From the NCBI GenBank assembly GCA_951406725.2, contig OX597817.1, positions 47,616,001 through 47,680,000 on the forward strand: a stretch of 64,000 bases of DNA, in the 5' to 3' direction. This DNA is from Octopus vulgaris. Its lineage: Eukaryota. Shown here in pieces: positions 53,528-64,000 of the stretch. Below the pieces are notes generated by a model. It saw only the letters and a list, made by a program, of their open reading frames with translations. It made no database searches and was not told where the DNA came from. The translations under genes were made by a program, and so were the position numbers. How positions within the stretch are numbered: the first letter of the stretch is position 1; every line of letters begins with the position of its first letter.

Positions 53528-53591
53528 CTGCATTAATGCTAAGGACATCAGGATTGTTATCACCATCAACTGACAGCAAATTACACATCAG
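53528..53591 (-). CDS. PNPT1: PNPT1 internal exon, 64 bp
   Basis: tttcctttgatcctag|CTGATGTGTAATTTG...ATTAATGCAG|gtaaga translates as [21 protein letters not shown], against human [21 protein letters not shown] (recalled). Starts in phase 0 and ends in phase 1, compatible with both flanking exons. Confidence 0.95.
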
Positions 53592-54808
53592 CTAGGATCA
53601 AAGGAAACAAAAAAGATATTATGATATATCGGTGATTAAAACAAGAATGATTTTGGCAATAAATGTATACATGCATGACTGTATGTGTATCTGTCTATGT
53701 ATGTATCATCATCATCGTTTAACGTCAGCTTTCCATGCTAGCATGGGTTGGACAGTTCAACTGGGGTCTGGCAAGCCCGAAGGCTGCACCAGGCCAGTCA
53801 GATCTGGCAGTGTTTCTACAGCTGGATGCCCTTCCTAACGCCAACCACTCCGAGAGTGTAGTGGGTGAATTTATGTGCCACCGACACAGGTGCCAGACGA
53901 GGCTGGCAGACGGCCAAGCTCGGATGGTGTTTTCTTATGTGCCACCGACACAGGTGCCAGACGAGGCTGGCGAATGGCCACGATCAGATGGTGTTTGTTA
54001 CGTGCCCACAGCACGGAGGCCAGTCGATGCGGTACTGGCTACGGTCCCGTTCGGATGGTTTTCTTATGGTACCACTGGTACCACAAGGATACAAATTCCA
54101 TTGATGTTCATCTATTTTGATTTGGTTGATGTATGTGTATATTAGTAAGTAGGAAAGCAGACAAATCATAAACTCTGAGTGGTTGGCATTAGGAAAGACA
54201 TCCAGCTGTACAAACTATGCCAAATCAGACTGGAGTCTGTTGCAGCCTTGCAGCTTGCCAGCTCTGATCAAATCATCTGACCCATACCAGCATGGGCAAT
54301 AGATGTTAAATGATAATGATATATCATCATCATTTCATATTACGTTTCCCTGCTTGTGTGGGTCAAACAGAATTTTTATTCAAGCTGACTTCCTACAACA
54401 GATGCCCTTCTTGTCATCAACCCTCACTTACTTCCAAACAAGTGATATATATATATATATAGGGAGAGTTTATGAAAAAAACAAAAGACGAAGACAGGTG
54501 GTGTACAAAACAAACAGATGTATTAGTATAATGCTCAGGAATAGAAAAAGTCTTAAGTTTCAAGCCTACGCTCTTCTACAGAAAGGGATACAGAAAAAAA
54601 CAAGGAGAGAAAAAGTGTGTAGTGGTTAACAATCTATCTATATATATATATATATGAAACTTTGGTAATGCTTGCCCAAGAAGGGTACTGGTGCTACGTA
54701 AAGAGCAAGGGTTACTCTATACTCTGAGGGATTTCTCTACACTTTTGTAGACAGCAAGTTTATTATTAATCAGGAATGTTGTTGACAATTACTTCAAAGC
54801 TTCAGCCA

Positions 54809-54855
<47 letters not shown>

Positions 54856-56022
54856 GTGCCGCTTTGACTGGCTTCCGTGCTGGTGGCAGGTAAAAAGCAC
54901 CATTCGATTGTGGTTGATGCCAGATCCCCTGTGCCAATGCCACGTAAAAAGCACCCACTACACTCTTGGAAGAGCATCCAGCTGTAGAAACACTGCCAGA
55001 TCAGATTGGAGCCTGGTGCAGCCTCCTGGTTTCCCAGATCCCAGTCAAACTGTCCAACCCATGCCGGCATGGAAAATGGACATTAAACGATGATGATGAT
55101 AATGATAGAAAATGTATGTCTGTATTTTCAATTTTTACTTTAAGGTAGAAGGATTTTTACTCCAGTATTGCAAGCTTTTTTTGATTAACTCAGGTAATTG
55201 GTCAAACAACATCTCTGGACAAAACTATTTTTCAAGACTATTGTTGGAAAGATACAAAATGGCACAGAGGTTGTACACAGAGTTGCTGGATGTATTCTAT
55301 CGAAGTTGTCTACAAAGGATAATTAAGATCATACACAAGCAGAGGATCATTAGCAGACATCGTTAAGTAGCACTGATTCCACTTTGTAGGTTATGCATTG
55401 CATAAACCAGACACACACCATGCAAGAACAACAATATGCAAGCTACCAGCACAGCTATGAAAGCAATTAATTATTGAATATGAAAAAATTGGAAAAATTA
55501 TCTAAAATCTGTTATGAAAACCTGCTGACTTTCTTTCTCCACCTGTTCCCCTACCATTCTCTCTCTCTCTCGCTTTATCACATCATTCTTTCATTATATT
55601 GTCCTTATGTAACATCTTCTTCTGTTGCATTCAAATCAGATTTGATTTTCCTTCCACAAAAATCAATACTTCACTTCCCTTACACAGTCAAGTTGAAAAA
55701 CCCGTTAGACATAGGCACTTCAAAATACTTCTCAAGGTGAAGTTCTTGTTTATATTTCTTTCACCTGCATTAATTAATTGTTGTTTATCTTTGTAATTTG
55801 GGTTATATAAATGCTGTAACTTCTTTTATTAATTTTTTTTTTTTTTTGCTTTCCTAAGGAGGCATGGATTGGATGTGATCTTTTGCGGTAGTGTTTTATG
55901 ACAGGAAGCCCTTCTTGAGACCAATTTTTTAGTAACCTCTTTTGACACGCAGAATATGACCCCCTTCAGAAAGATAATGACAATGCTAAATGGTTCTACA
56001 AGTACATATAAATATATATATA

Positions 56023-56399
56023 CTAGCAGTATCGCCCGGCGTTGCTCAGGTTTGTAAGGGAAATAACTATAAAGCATTTTTAGAGAGTTATAGCCAAAAA
56101 ATAGCAAAAAAATGGAAAAAATGATGGTAAATTATTTTTTTAGTTAAAAAAGGTGGAGTTGCGTCCCCTAGACAGTTTACGGTTTGTGTTTCTGATTCTC
56201 GACCCCATGTCGAATTTATAGATTTTTTCAGAACTGGGGGAACTTTTCAAAATTTTCGCTGCGTTAGTTTTGAATTATGACATTGGGCTATGTGTGTGTC
56301 AAGTTTCATCAGAATCGGTTGAAAGCCGTGGTCAGGGTGAGGGTACAAGCAAACAGACACACAGAAACACGCACAGACAAACTGCCATTTATATAGAGA
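56023..56399 (-). mobile_element. Non-autonomous Helitron
   Basis: Same 3' end (gcaacgccgggcgatactgctag) and a TC start. Confidence 0.75.
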
Positions 56400-56542
56400 T
56401 ATATATATATATATAACAAAAATTTAGATTCAGATGAATATGGTACTTAAGTTGAGGCACCAGAATTTAGTACGGTATTATCCATACAATTTCAAAATAA
56501 GGTGATTAAAATCAAAATAAGCAACAAGGATATCCAGAGGTA

Positions 56543-56631
56543 ATGCAGTACAATAGTTTCATGCAACTCCATTTAATTGAACAATGCAATCATTACATCA
56601 ATTTAAAATGCAGAGCAATCTTCAGCTGCAT
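56543..56631 (-). ncRNA. Type I hammerhead ribozyme motif with intact core and long stem II, inside a (TA)n-flanked element (about 56415-56755)
   Basis: ATGCAG-CTGAAGA-[58-nt imperfect hairpin]-GAAAC-TATT-GTA-CTGCAT: 6-bp stem I, 2-bp stem III, GUA cleavage triplet. Confidence 0.65.
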
Positions 56632-57699
56632 AAAGACATGGAATTTAATTAAATTAGAACAGATGGACACAGTAGTATAATTATACCTAAATTCTCCAAG
56701 AAGTTAAGGAGATAGACAAAGAACATGCTGTTCTTACTCCAGCGTAGAAGTTGATATATATATATGATGGATACTCCTGTTGAAGATGAAACATGAGCAT
56801 TCAGCTTTTGCCGAATGACCTATTGTTTATAGTGATCAAATGTTTGTGCCGCACATTTGCTCACTCTCTCCATCAAATCAACAATGTCTGAATAGGCGCT
56901 CAGTGTACCAAGTGAACACATAACAACATGATATAAAGCATTTTACTCAAGACCACAAAACACCACCTAGTCTAGAGACTGAAATGACCGCACACGCACA
57001 CACTCTTTTACTTGTTTCAGTCATTTGACTGTGGCAATGCTAGAGCACCACCTTTAGTTGAGGAAATCGATCCCAGGACTTATTCTTTGTAAGCCTAGTA
57101 CTTATTCTATCGGTCTCTTTTGCCGAACTGCTAAGTTACGGGGACGTAAACACACCAGCATCGGTTGTCAAGCAATGTTGGGGGGACAAACACAGACACA
57201 CAAACACACACACATGTATATACATATATACGACAGGCTTCTTTTCAGTTTCCCTCTACCAAATCCACTCAAGACTTTGGTCGGCCCGAGGCTTAAGTAG
57301 AAGACACTTGCCCAAGGTGCTACGCAGTGGCACTGAACTCGGAACCATGTGGTTTGTAAGCAAGCTACTTACCACACAGCCACTCTTATGCCTATGCTAA
57401 CACATACCTATACATATCATCACCATCATTTAACAACCGGTTTCCATGCTGGCATGGGTAGGACAGTTTGACTGGAGCTGGCCAGCCAGAGAGCTGCACC
57501 AGGGTCCAGTCATCACAGCATACACTGGACACTTTTTTCATGCTTCCAGCACAATTGAGGTCCCCATTAAGCAAAATAAGCTCGTGCTTAGGGCATCCAG
57601 GGAAGGAGAGAGAGCACCACAGAAATAGTAAATGGTTTACGGCACAAAAGAAATCACTTTAAACTTACTAAAATAATATTCGGGATGCTTTTATCTATA

Positions 57700-57992
57700 A
57701 CTATAAAATCTCTACTGAGTATAGACGCAGATGTGTTGCCTAAGATTAATTCTGGGGATCTGATCAAAGACTTTGCAATTCAAAAAAGTAGGAGGAAACT
57801 TTTCAAATAGAAATAAAGTGGAAATATACAAAAATAAACATTATTTTCCCTCTTATTGTCTTGTTTCATTTTGAAAAATAAAAACCTATTTTATGGTTTG
57901 TTATTGTTTATATTTTGAATTACATAATCTTCTATGGGGGCACCAAAATCTTTTAAGTCCTTAGGGCCTCGATGGGTCTTAATCCGGCCCTG
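57700..57992 (+). mobile_element. hAT transposon 3' end: dimerisation-domain tail and terminal inverted repeat
   Basis: SLLSIDADVLPKINSGDLIKDFAIQKSRRKLFK* resembles hAT C-termini. The element ends in taatccggccctg, the reverse complement of a CAGGGCCGGATT-type TIR. Confidence 0.65.
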
Positions 57993-58836
57993 ACCATGCA
58001 GCTCAAAAGACTACAAACCCCAAAGGAGAAGTGGAGACCAGCTTTATGATAGGGGATGAGAGGATGAAGCATGAGAGCATGAGGGGGAAGAGTGGGTGCT
58101 TGTATAGCTGCAAGGTTCCTTACATTTTGTAGGAGGAGAGAGGGAGAGAATGATGAAGAGGAGCTGCAAGGAGATAGATACTGGAAATCAGGTGTTCAGG
58201 TGGCCCCTCAAGGCTCAAGGTGAGTAGAAATAGATGGGTGGGTTTAAGTGAAGGGTTGCAACATTGCATGGGGAACAGGAGATGAGGGAATAGGGAGACA
58301 GACTGCAACTGTTAAAAAAAAATGTTGGGAAAGATAGCCGGGTGATGACAGATAAGTCATGAGTCAGAGGAAGGATAGAGGGGTACAGGAGGAAATGGGT
58401 GGAGGGAGAGCAGTAAGATAGTAAGGATACATTTGACAAGCATCAATGCTTTCATACACACACACACACACACAAACATATATATGCGCATACACGTGCA
58501 TATATACATATGTCTATGCGAGAGAGTAAGAGAGACACCGTGTGTGTGTGTGTGTTATCTTTTATTGTGTACTTGTTTCAGTCATTAAACTGCGGCCATG
58601 CTGGGGCACTTCTTTGAAGACTTTTAGTCGAACAAATCAACTTCAGTATTTTTATGTTAAGTCAGGCACTTATTCTATCAGTCTCTTTTTCTGAACTGCT
58701 AAGTTACAGGGATGTAAACAAACAAACACCAGTTATCAAACAGTGATATGGACAAATACAGACACAAAGACACACATACACATGCATATACATGTATACA
58801 TACATATATATATATAGATATATATATAGATATCTA

Positions 58837-58882
<46 letters not shown>

Positions 58883-60728
58883 TAGATAGATATATCTATA
58901 TATATATATGTATGTATACATGTATATGCATGTGTATGTGTGTCTTTGTGTCTGTATTTGTCCATATCACTGTTTGATAACTGGTGTTTGTTTGTTTACA
59001 TCCCTGTAACTTAGCAGTTCAGAAAAAGAGACTGATAGAATAAGTGCCTGACTTAACATAAAAATACTGAAGTTGATTTGTTCGAATAAAAGTCTTCATA
59101 TATATATATATAAAGTTCTAACAATTATATATAATTTCTGTTTCTCTTTACTCTTTTACTTGTTTCAGTCATTTAACTGTGGCCATGCTGGAGCACCGCC
59201 TTTAGTCAAGAAAATTGACCCCAGGACTCATTCTTTGTAAGCATAGTACTTATTCTATTGGTCTCTTTTGCCAAACTGCTAAGTTACGGGGATGTAAACA
59301 CACCAGCATCGGTTATCAAGTGATGTTGGTGGGGACAAACACAGACACACACTCATATATATAAACATATACATATATACGATGAGCTTCCTTCAGCTTC
59401 CTTCTACTAGATCTACTCACAAGGCTTTGGTCAGCCTAAGGCTATAGTAGAAGACACTTGCCCAAGGTGCCATGCTATGGGACTGAACCCAGAACTATGT
59501 GGTCGGTAAGCAAACTACTTACCACACAGCCACTTCTGCACCTTGAAAAAAATTTTTCCCCAGACATTACTGATTACAATTCATATTGACCTAACTTTCC
59601 GTGAATTTTATATTTTTACAATTTCTGGATGCTGCTGTCTTTTGAAGTTCCCTATATTGTTGTTAAAAGCATGAAATAAGGAGTAATAAACAGTCCAACC
59701 ACTGATGAGGAGGAGTTGTCTTCTTTTCGTATTTTGTCCTGTACTTATCTCTCATGTGTTTACGTATTTTTCACTCATTGGTGATGTCTTGTACACAATG
59801 TATATTTTTTATTTTATATATATATATATATATATATGGCTGTTGCCAGAACCGCCTGACTGGCCCTCGTGCCGGTGGCACATAAAAGCACCCACTACAC
59901 TCTCGGAGTGGTTGGCATTAGGAAGGGCATCCAGCCGTAGAAACTCTGCCAGATTAGATTAGAGCCTGTTGCAGCCATCTGGTTCGCCAGTCCTCAGTCA
60001 AACTATCCAACCCATGCTAGTATGAGAAGCAGACATTAAATGATGATGATGATATATATATATATATATATATATATATCTGAGACCCCCTTCAGTCACG
60101 ACCTAGAAAGTTACCCTCCCAGGCACAAGTTCGAGCAAGGTTGTTCATGGAAGACCAGCAGTCTCCCATGCATACCGGCCTCCCCTCTCCACGCCACCAG
60201 TGTTATCCAAGGGAAAGGCAAAGGGGCTGATACAGCTTGGCACCTGTGACGTCGCGACTCATTTCTACAGTTGAGTGAACTGGAGCAATGTGAAATAAAG
60301 TGTCTTGCTCAAGAACACTACACGCAGCCCGGTCCAGGACTTGAGCTCACAACCTCATGATCGTAAGCTCGACGCTCTAACCACTGAGCCATGCACCTTC
60401 ACTAGAGTGTGTATATATATATATATATATATACACACCACAAGCTTCTTTCAGATTCTGTTTACCAAATCCACTTACATGGCTTCGGCAAGAAGACACT
60501 CACCCCAGATGCCACACAGTGGGACAAAACTCAGAACTTGTTTGTGAAGCAAACTTCTTATCGCACAGCCATGCCTGTGTCAATATATCATAATATATTT
60601 AGGTTTTAATATAGAAATAATTCAGAACTGCTTTCACTCTTTCACTATTGATCAATAATACAAAAAAAAAAAAAAAAAAAAATGAACATGCACTGTAAAA
60701 GTGACATTTAAAAAAAATGGCAATTTAC

Positions 60729-60778
60729 CTGAGTTTCATTGCAAAATCCTTGAGGAAATAATGGTCGGAGTGAACGAT
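60729..60778 (-). CDS. PNPT1: PNPT1 (mitochondrial polynucleotide phosphorylase) internal exon, 50 bp, RNase PH domain 1
   Basis: Minus strand ttttacttcctgcag|ATCGTTCACTCCGACCATTATTTCCTCAAGGATTTTGCAATGAAACTCAG|gtaaat translates as (D)[16 protein letters not shown]. This matches the human PNPT1 segment DRSIRPLFPAGYFYDTQ (recalled). AG/GT sites are canonical and the exon joins the next one in frame. Confidence 0.95.
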
Positions 60779-61109
60779 CTGCAGGAAGTAAAACAAGGAA
60801 AAAGAAATAGCTTAATAAAATCTGGAAAGTAAAAACAAAGATTTGATTTCAAATTCTGGTAGAAGGCCAACAATTCGGGGGGGGGGGGGGGGTTAAGTTG
60901 ATTACACCAACACCAATGTTGAATTGGTACTTAATTTATGAAGCCCCCAAAAAGATGAAAGGCGAAGTTAACCGTGACAGAATTTGAACTCAGAACATGG
61001 AAACAGAAGAAATAACATTAAGCATTTTGTCTGGTGTGGTAAGGATTCTGCCAGCTCGCCACCTTAGTGAAAACAAATATGAATTTCTTAATTAAGAATT
61101 GGAACTTAA

Positions 61110-61498
61110 TCTCTCTATATATAAAGCTGAAGTTGTCTGTGTATGGCCGGTTTGGTAGCCTTCAACTAACACTATCTCCTCCGAGACCCTGCGCCGCAAG
61201 TTGACTAAAACTGAGAGTATGATAGAAGAATGCTTGCTCTTCCTTTCGTAGAAGAAAAAATTCAAATCTGACCATGTTAACACCAAAAATTATTTACATC
61301 TAAAAGGTGCTTTTTTTTCTATGAAAATACCTATTTTTTACGATTTTTTTACTGCTGTTTCGCCATTTTTGAGCGTATTTCAACTAGAAAAATGTTCACT
61401 TAAAGAGAATAACAAGCTACATAATGCAATATTTTTACTTTTCAAAAATTCCAATTCTAAAGTGTCAAAACCCAAGCAATGCCGGGCAATACCGCTAG
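61110..61498 (+). mobile_element. Non-autonomous Helitron
   Basis: TCtctctatatataaagc start, cccaagcaatgccggg hairpin, CTAG end, A|T target. Confidence 0.75.
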
Positions 61499-62577
61499 TG
61501 AGAAATAGCTTTAAAGATTTCATCTTCGATTTACAGCTTGAATGCACAAGTTAAGAGTCAAGAGATCAGAATTTTAAAATTTTATCATAGTAGTTTCCTT
61601 AATGCTTCTTCCAATATTTTTTCTTTCACTTTTCTTGGGACTCACAAGGCCAGTTACCATTTCTGCTCACTTGGCACAAAGTCACCCCCCTCAGTACTAC
61701 ACCCACCACCCACTTTAGTTGAGGTGGGGGTGGAGTATTGTCTTGCAAGTTACTTGATGATTGGTCGCCTTTGGGAATCCAACAGGAAAATTTAACGATG
61801 GTTGTTTCCGAAAGGGCCCTATGGAGTAGATTCTTGAGAGCTCAACCACCACGACCCTTCTAAAACTAGTGGGAAACCAAAACGCATGGATGGATATTAT
61901 GATCAAACTAAACATCAACCAAATCAAACTCACCAATCTCAGAGAAACTACAAAGATCATTGCTAAACCTTAAAACTGGTTGGACACAACCAAACTACTC
62001 TTAAAATATTCCATTCCTTAACTCCAGACTAAACATTGTATAAATGTTTCTCTGTTCAAATTATTTTTTTTTTTGCTAATCACAGAAAATATTTATTTCT
62101 ATCTGCTAACAGCAGATTTAATTCAATTCTAATTAATCATTAATCTACATTTAATTAGTTGGTTTAAGTTTAATTAGTAAATTAATCTTTAATCTACTGA
62201 TTAATTTAATAGATTAATGGTTGACTAAATATTAGTAGGGAGACAATTAATTAGTCTACTAACCAATTAATCTTTAATTGGTTAGTAGATTACTAACCAA
62301 GCCACTAACACCAGTTAGATTTAAACTAGTCTGTTGATTGATATCATATAATTAATTAGCTTAGGCTATGAGCTTGCAGAATCGTTAGCACATCAGGCAA
62401 AATGCTTAGAGACATTTCATTCGTCTTTACATTTTGAGTTTAAATGCCGCCAAGGTGGACTTTGCCTTTTAGGGTCGATAAAATAAGTACCAGTTGAGCA
62501 CTGGAGTCAATGTAATTGACTTACCCACTCCACTAAAATTGCTGGCCTTGTGCCATAATTTGAAACCAATATTATAT

Positions 62578-63075
62578 ACTGTTCTATATTTTATGGATGA
62601 GGAATTATGTACATTATTTACATTGGATGGATATGTGTCCCCATCTTGTTTGTTGTTACCACAACACTGCGGCAGGACACCTGATGAAGGCTGGAGCAGC
62701 CTTCATCAGGTGTCCTGGTGGAATTTTGAACTCAACCCTTCATCTGACTAATGGGGTTCTCTGTTCTCGTTCCTAAGGTAATTTTTTGCTGATGGTATTA
62801 TTACTATTATTTATTCAAGTCACTGCCTGGGATTGAACCCAAAATCTTAGAGTTAGCAGCCTGCGCTCTCAACCACTACACTATATGCCCGTGGGCATAT
62901 AACATCAGTAAAAAATACCTTAGGAATGAGAACAGGGTACCCTGTTAATCAACTAAAGGGTTAGATTCGAAATTCCACAGGAACACCTGATGAAGGCTGG
63001 AGAGTACATCAGCCAAAACGTTGTGGTAACAACAAACAAGGTGAAGAAACCTATCTGTCCATTGTGAATAATGTA
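62578..63075. mobile_element. Family 1 element pair: full minus copy (62578-62895) joined head-to-head to a plus partial copy (62900-63075)
   Basis: tRNA-like head on the minus strand at about 62820-62890. CTGATGAAGGCTG..CAGCCAAAACGTTGTG at 62987-63025 on the plus strand. Confidence 0.65.
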
Positions 63076-63494
63076 TCTCTTATTATAAAAGGCAGATTTT
63101 ATCTGCCTCCCTTCGGGAGTTATACAAATCTACAATATAGGATTTCTTCAATTACAATTTACCTGGCAATTTTAAGAGTACAATGCATCGCGTCATGCCA
63201 GGTCCAGTTTTTAAAATTTAAACTCCAATTAAGCAAAATTTACAGAAAACTCACATTCTGGTGTGTGTGTCAAATGCTTTTCTTAGTCTGGTTTACACCA
63301 CACGCAAACGCACACACACAGTGTGCTACGAATAAAGTGAAACTAATTCAGTGTGTTGACAGGTAGACAATAGAATGCGATGACGACTATGACGCTGATA
63401 GATACATGAGTAAAATGTATGGGAAGCTAACACATAAGAGTGAGTGAAAATGTTCTTGGAAGAGAGTAAATAGCCAGAGAGTAATAAAGTAAAC

Positions 63495-63935
63495 ATACAC
63501 TCATACATACATACATACATACATACATACATACACACACATACACACACACATACATACATACACACACACATACATACATACACACATACATACATAC
63601 ATACATACATACACATACATACATATACATACATACATACACACACACACACATACACACACACAGTATTGAAGCTTGAGAACAATCAGATACATCTGCA
63701 ACACATCTGTTGAAAATATTATTGTTCACACACATACATATACATATATACATACAGAGAGACAGACAGATAGACACACACATACACACACACACACATG
63801 ATCCAGCATGGCCACAACCTCAAGGCTGAAACGTATAAAACAATAACAGAATATAAATGTGTGCATGTGTGTGAGAGAGAGAGTGTGTGTGTATATGTAT
63901 GTATGTATGTATGTATGTATATATATATATATAAT
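63495..63935. repeat. (TACA)n/(CA)n/(TATG)n microsatellite cluster
   Basis: Directly visible tetra- and dinucleotide runs. Confidence 0.9.
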
Positions 63936-64000
63936 AATGCGGTTTTTTCAACAGCTTGAACTAAATGTCAGAGGGGAATGGGATAAACTACTTATATTAA

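Overview
Eukaryotic, AT-rich and repeat-saturated DNA. The SINE, RTE-tail and microsatellite landscape looks like an Octopus (coleoid cephalopod) genome; this is an inference from repeat recognition. The only host-gene coding sequence I can support is three short minus-strand exons of the mitochondrial polynucleotide phosphorylase gene PNPT1 (60778-60729, 53591-53528, 42504-42457). They have canonical splice sites and join in frame as [55 protein letters not shown]. I found no further PNPT1 exon in the remaining 42 kb. Nearly all ORFs in the supplied track are artefacts of microsatellites or SINEs. The introns hold a decayed Gypsy LTR element with a nested CR1-type LINE, remnants of Penelope-like RT, Tc1, hAT, RTE and L2, Helitron, piggyBac and pogo-type non-autonomous elements, a 31-bp minisatellite and a tandem SINE array. 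The main hidden signal is at least five distinct families of short non-autonomous elements carrying Penelope-type minimal hammerhead ribozyme (HHR) folds. They include a tRNA/Pol III-headed SINE ending in an HHR (4 loci), an HHR with a swapped G3-C8 catalytic-core pair (15504-15554), and a core-intact long-stem-II HHR on the PNPT1 sense strand (56543-56631). Several fold-back palindromes, including a near-perfect 484-bp one, are also present. All structures were folded by eye and no database searches were run.
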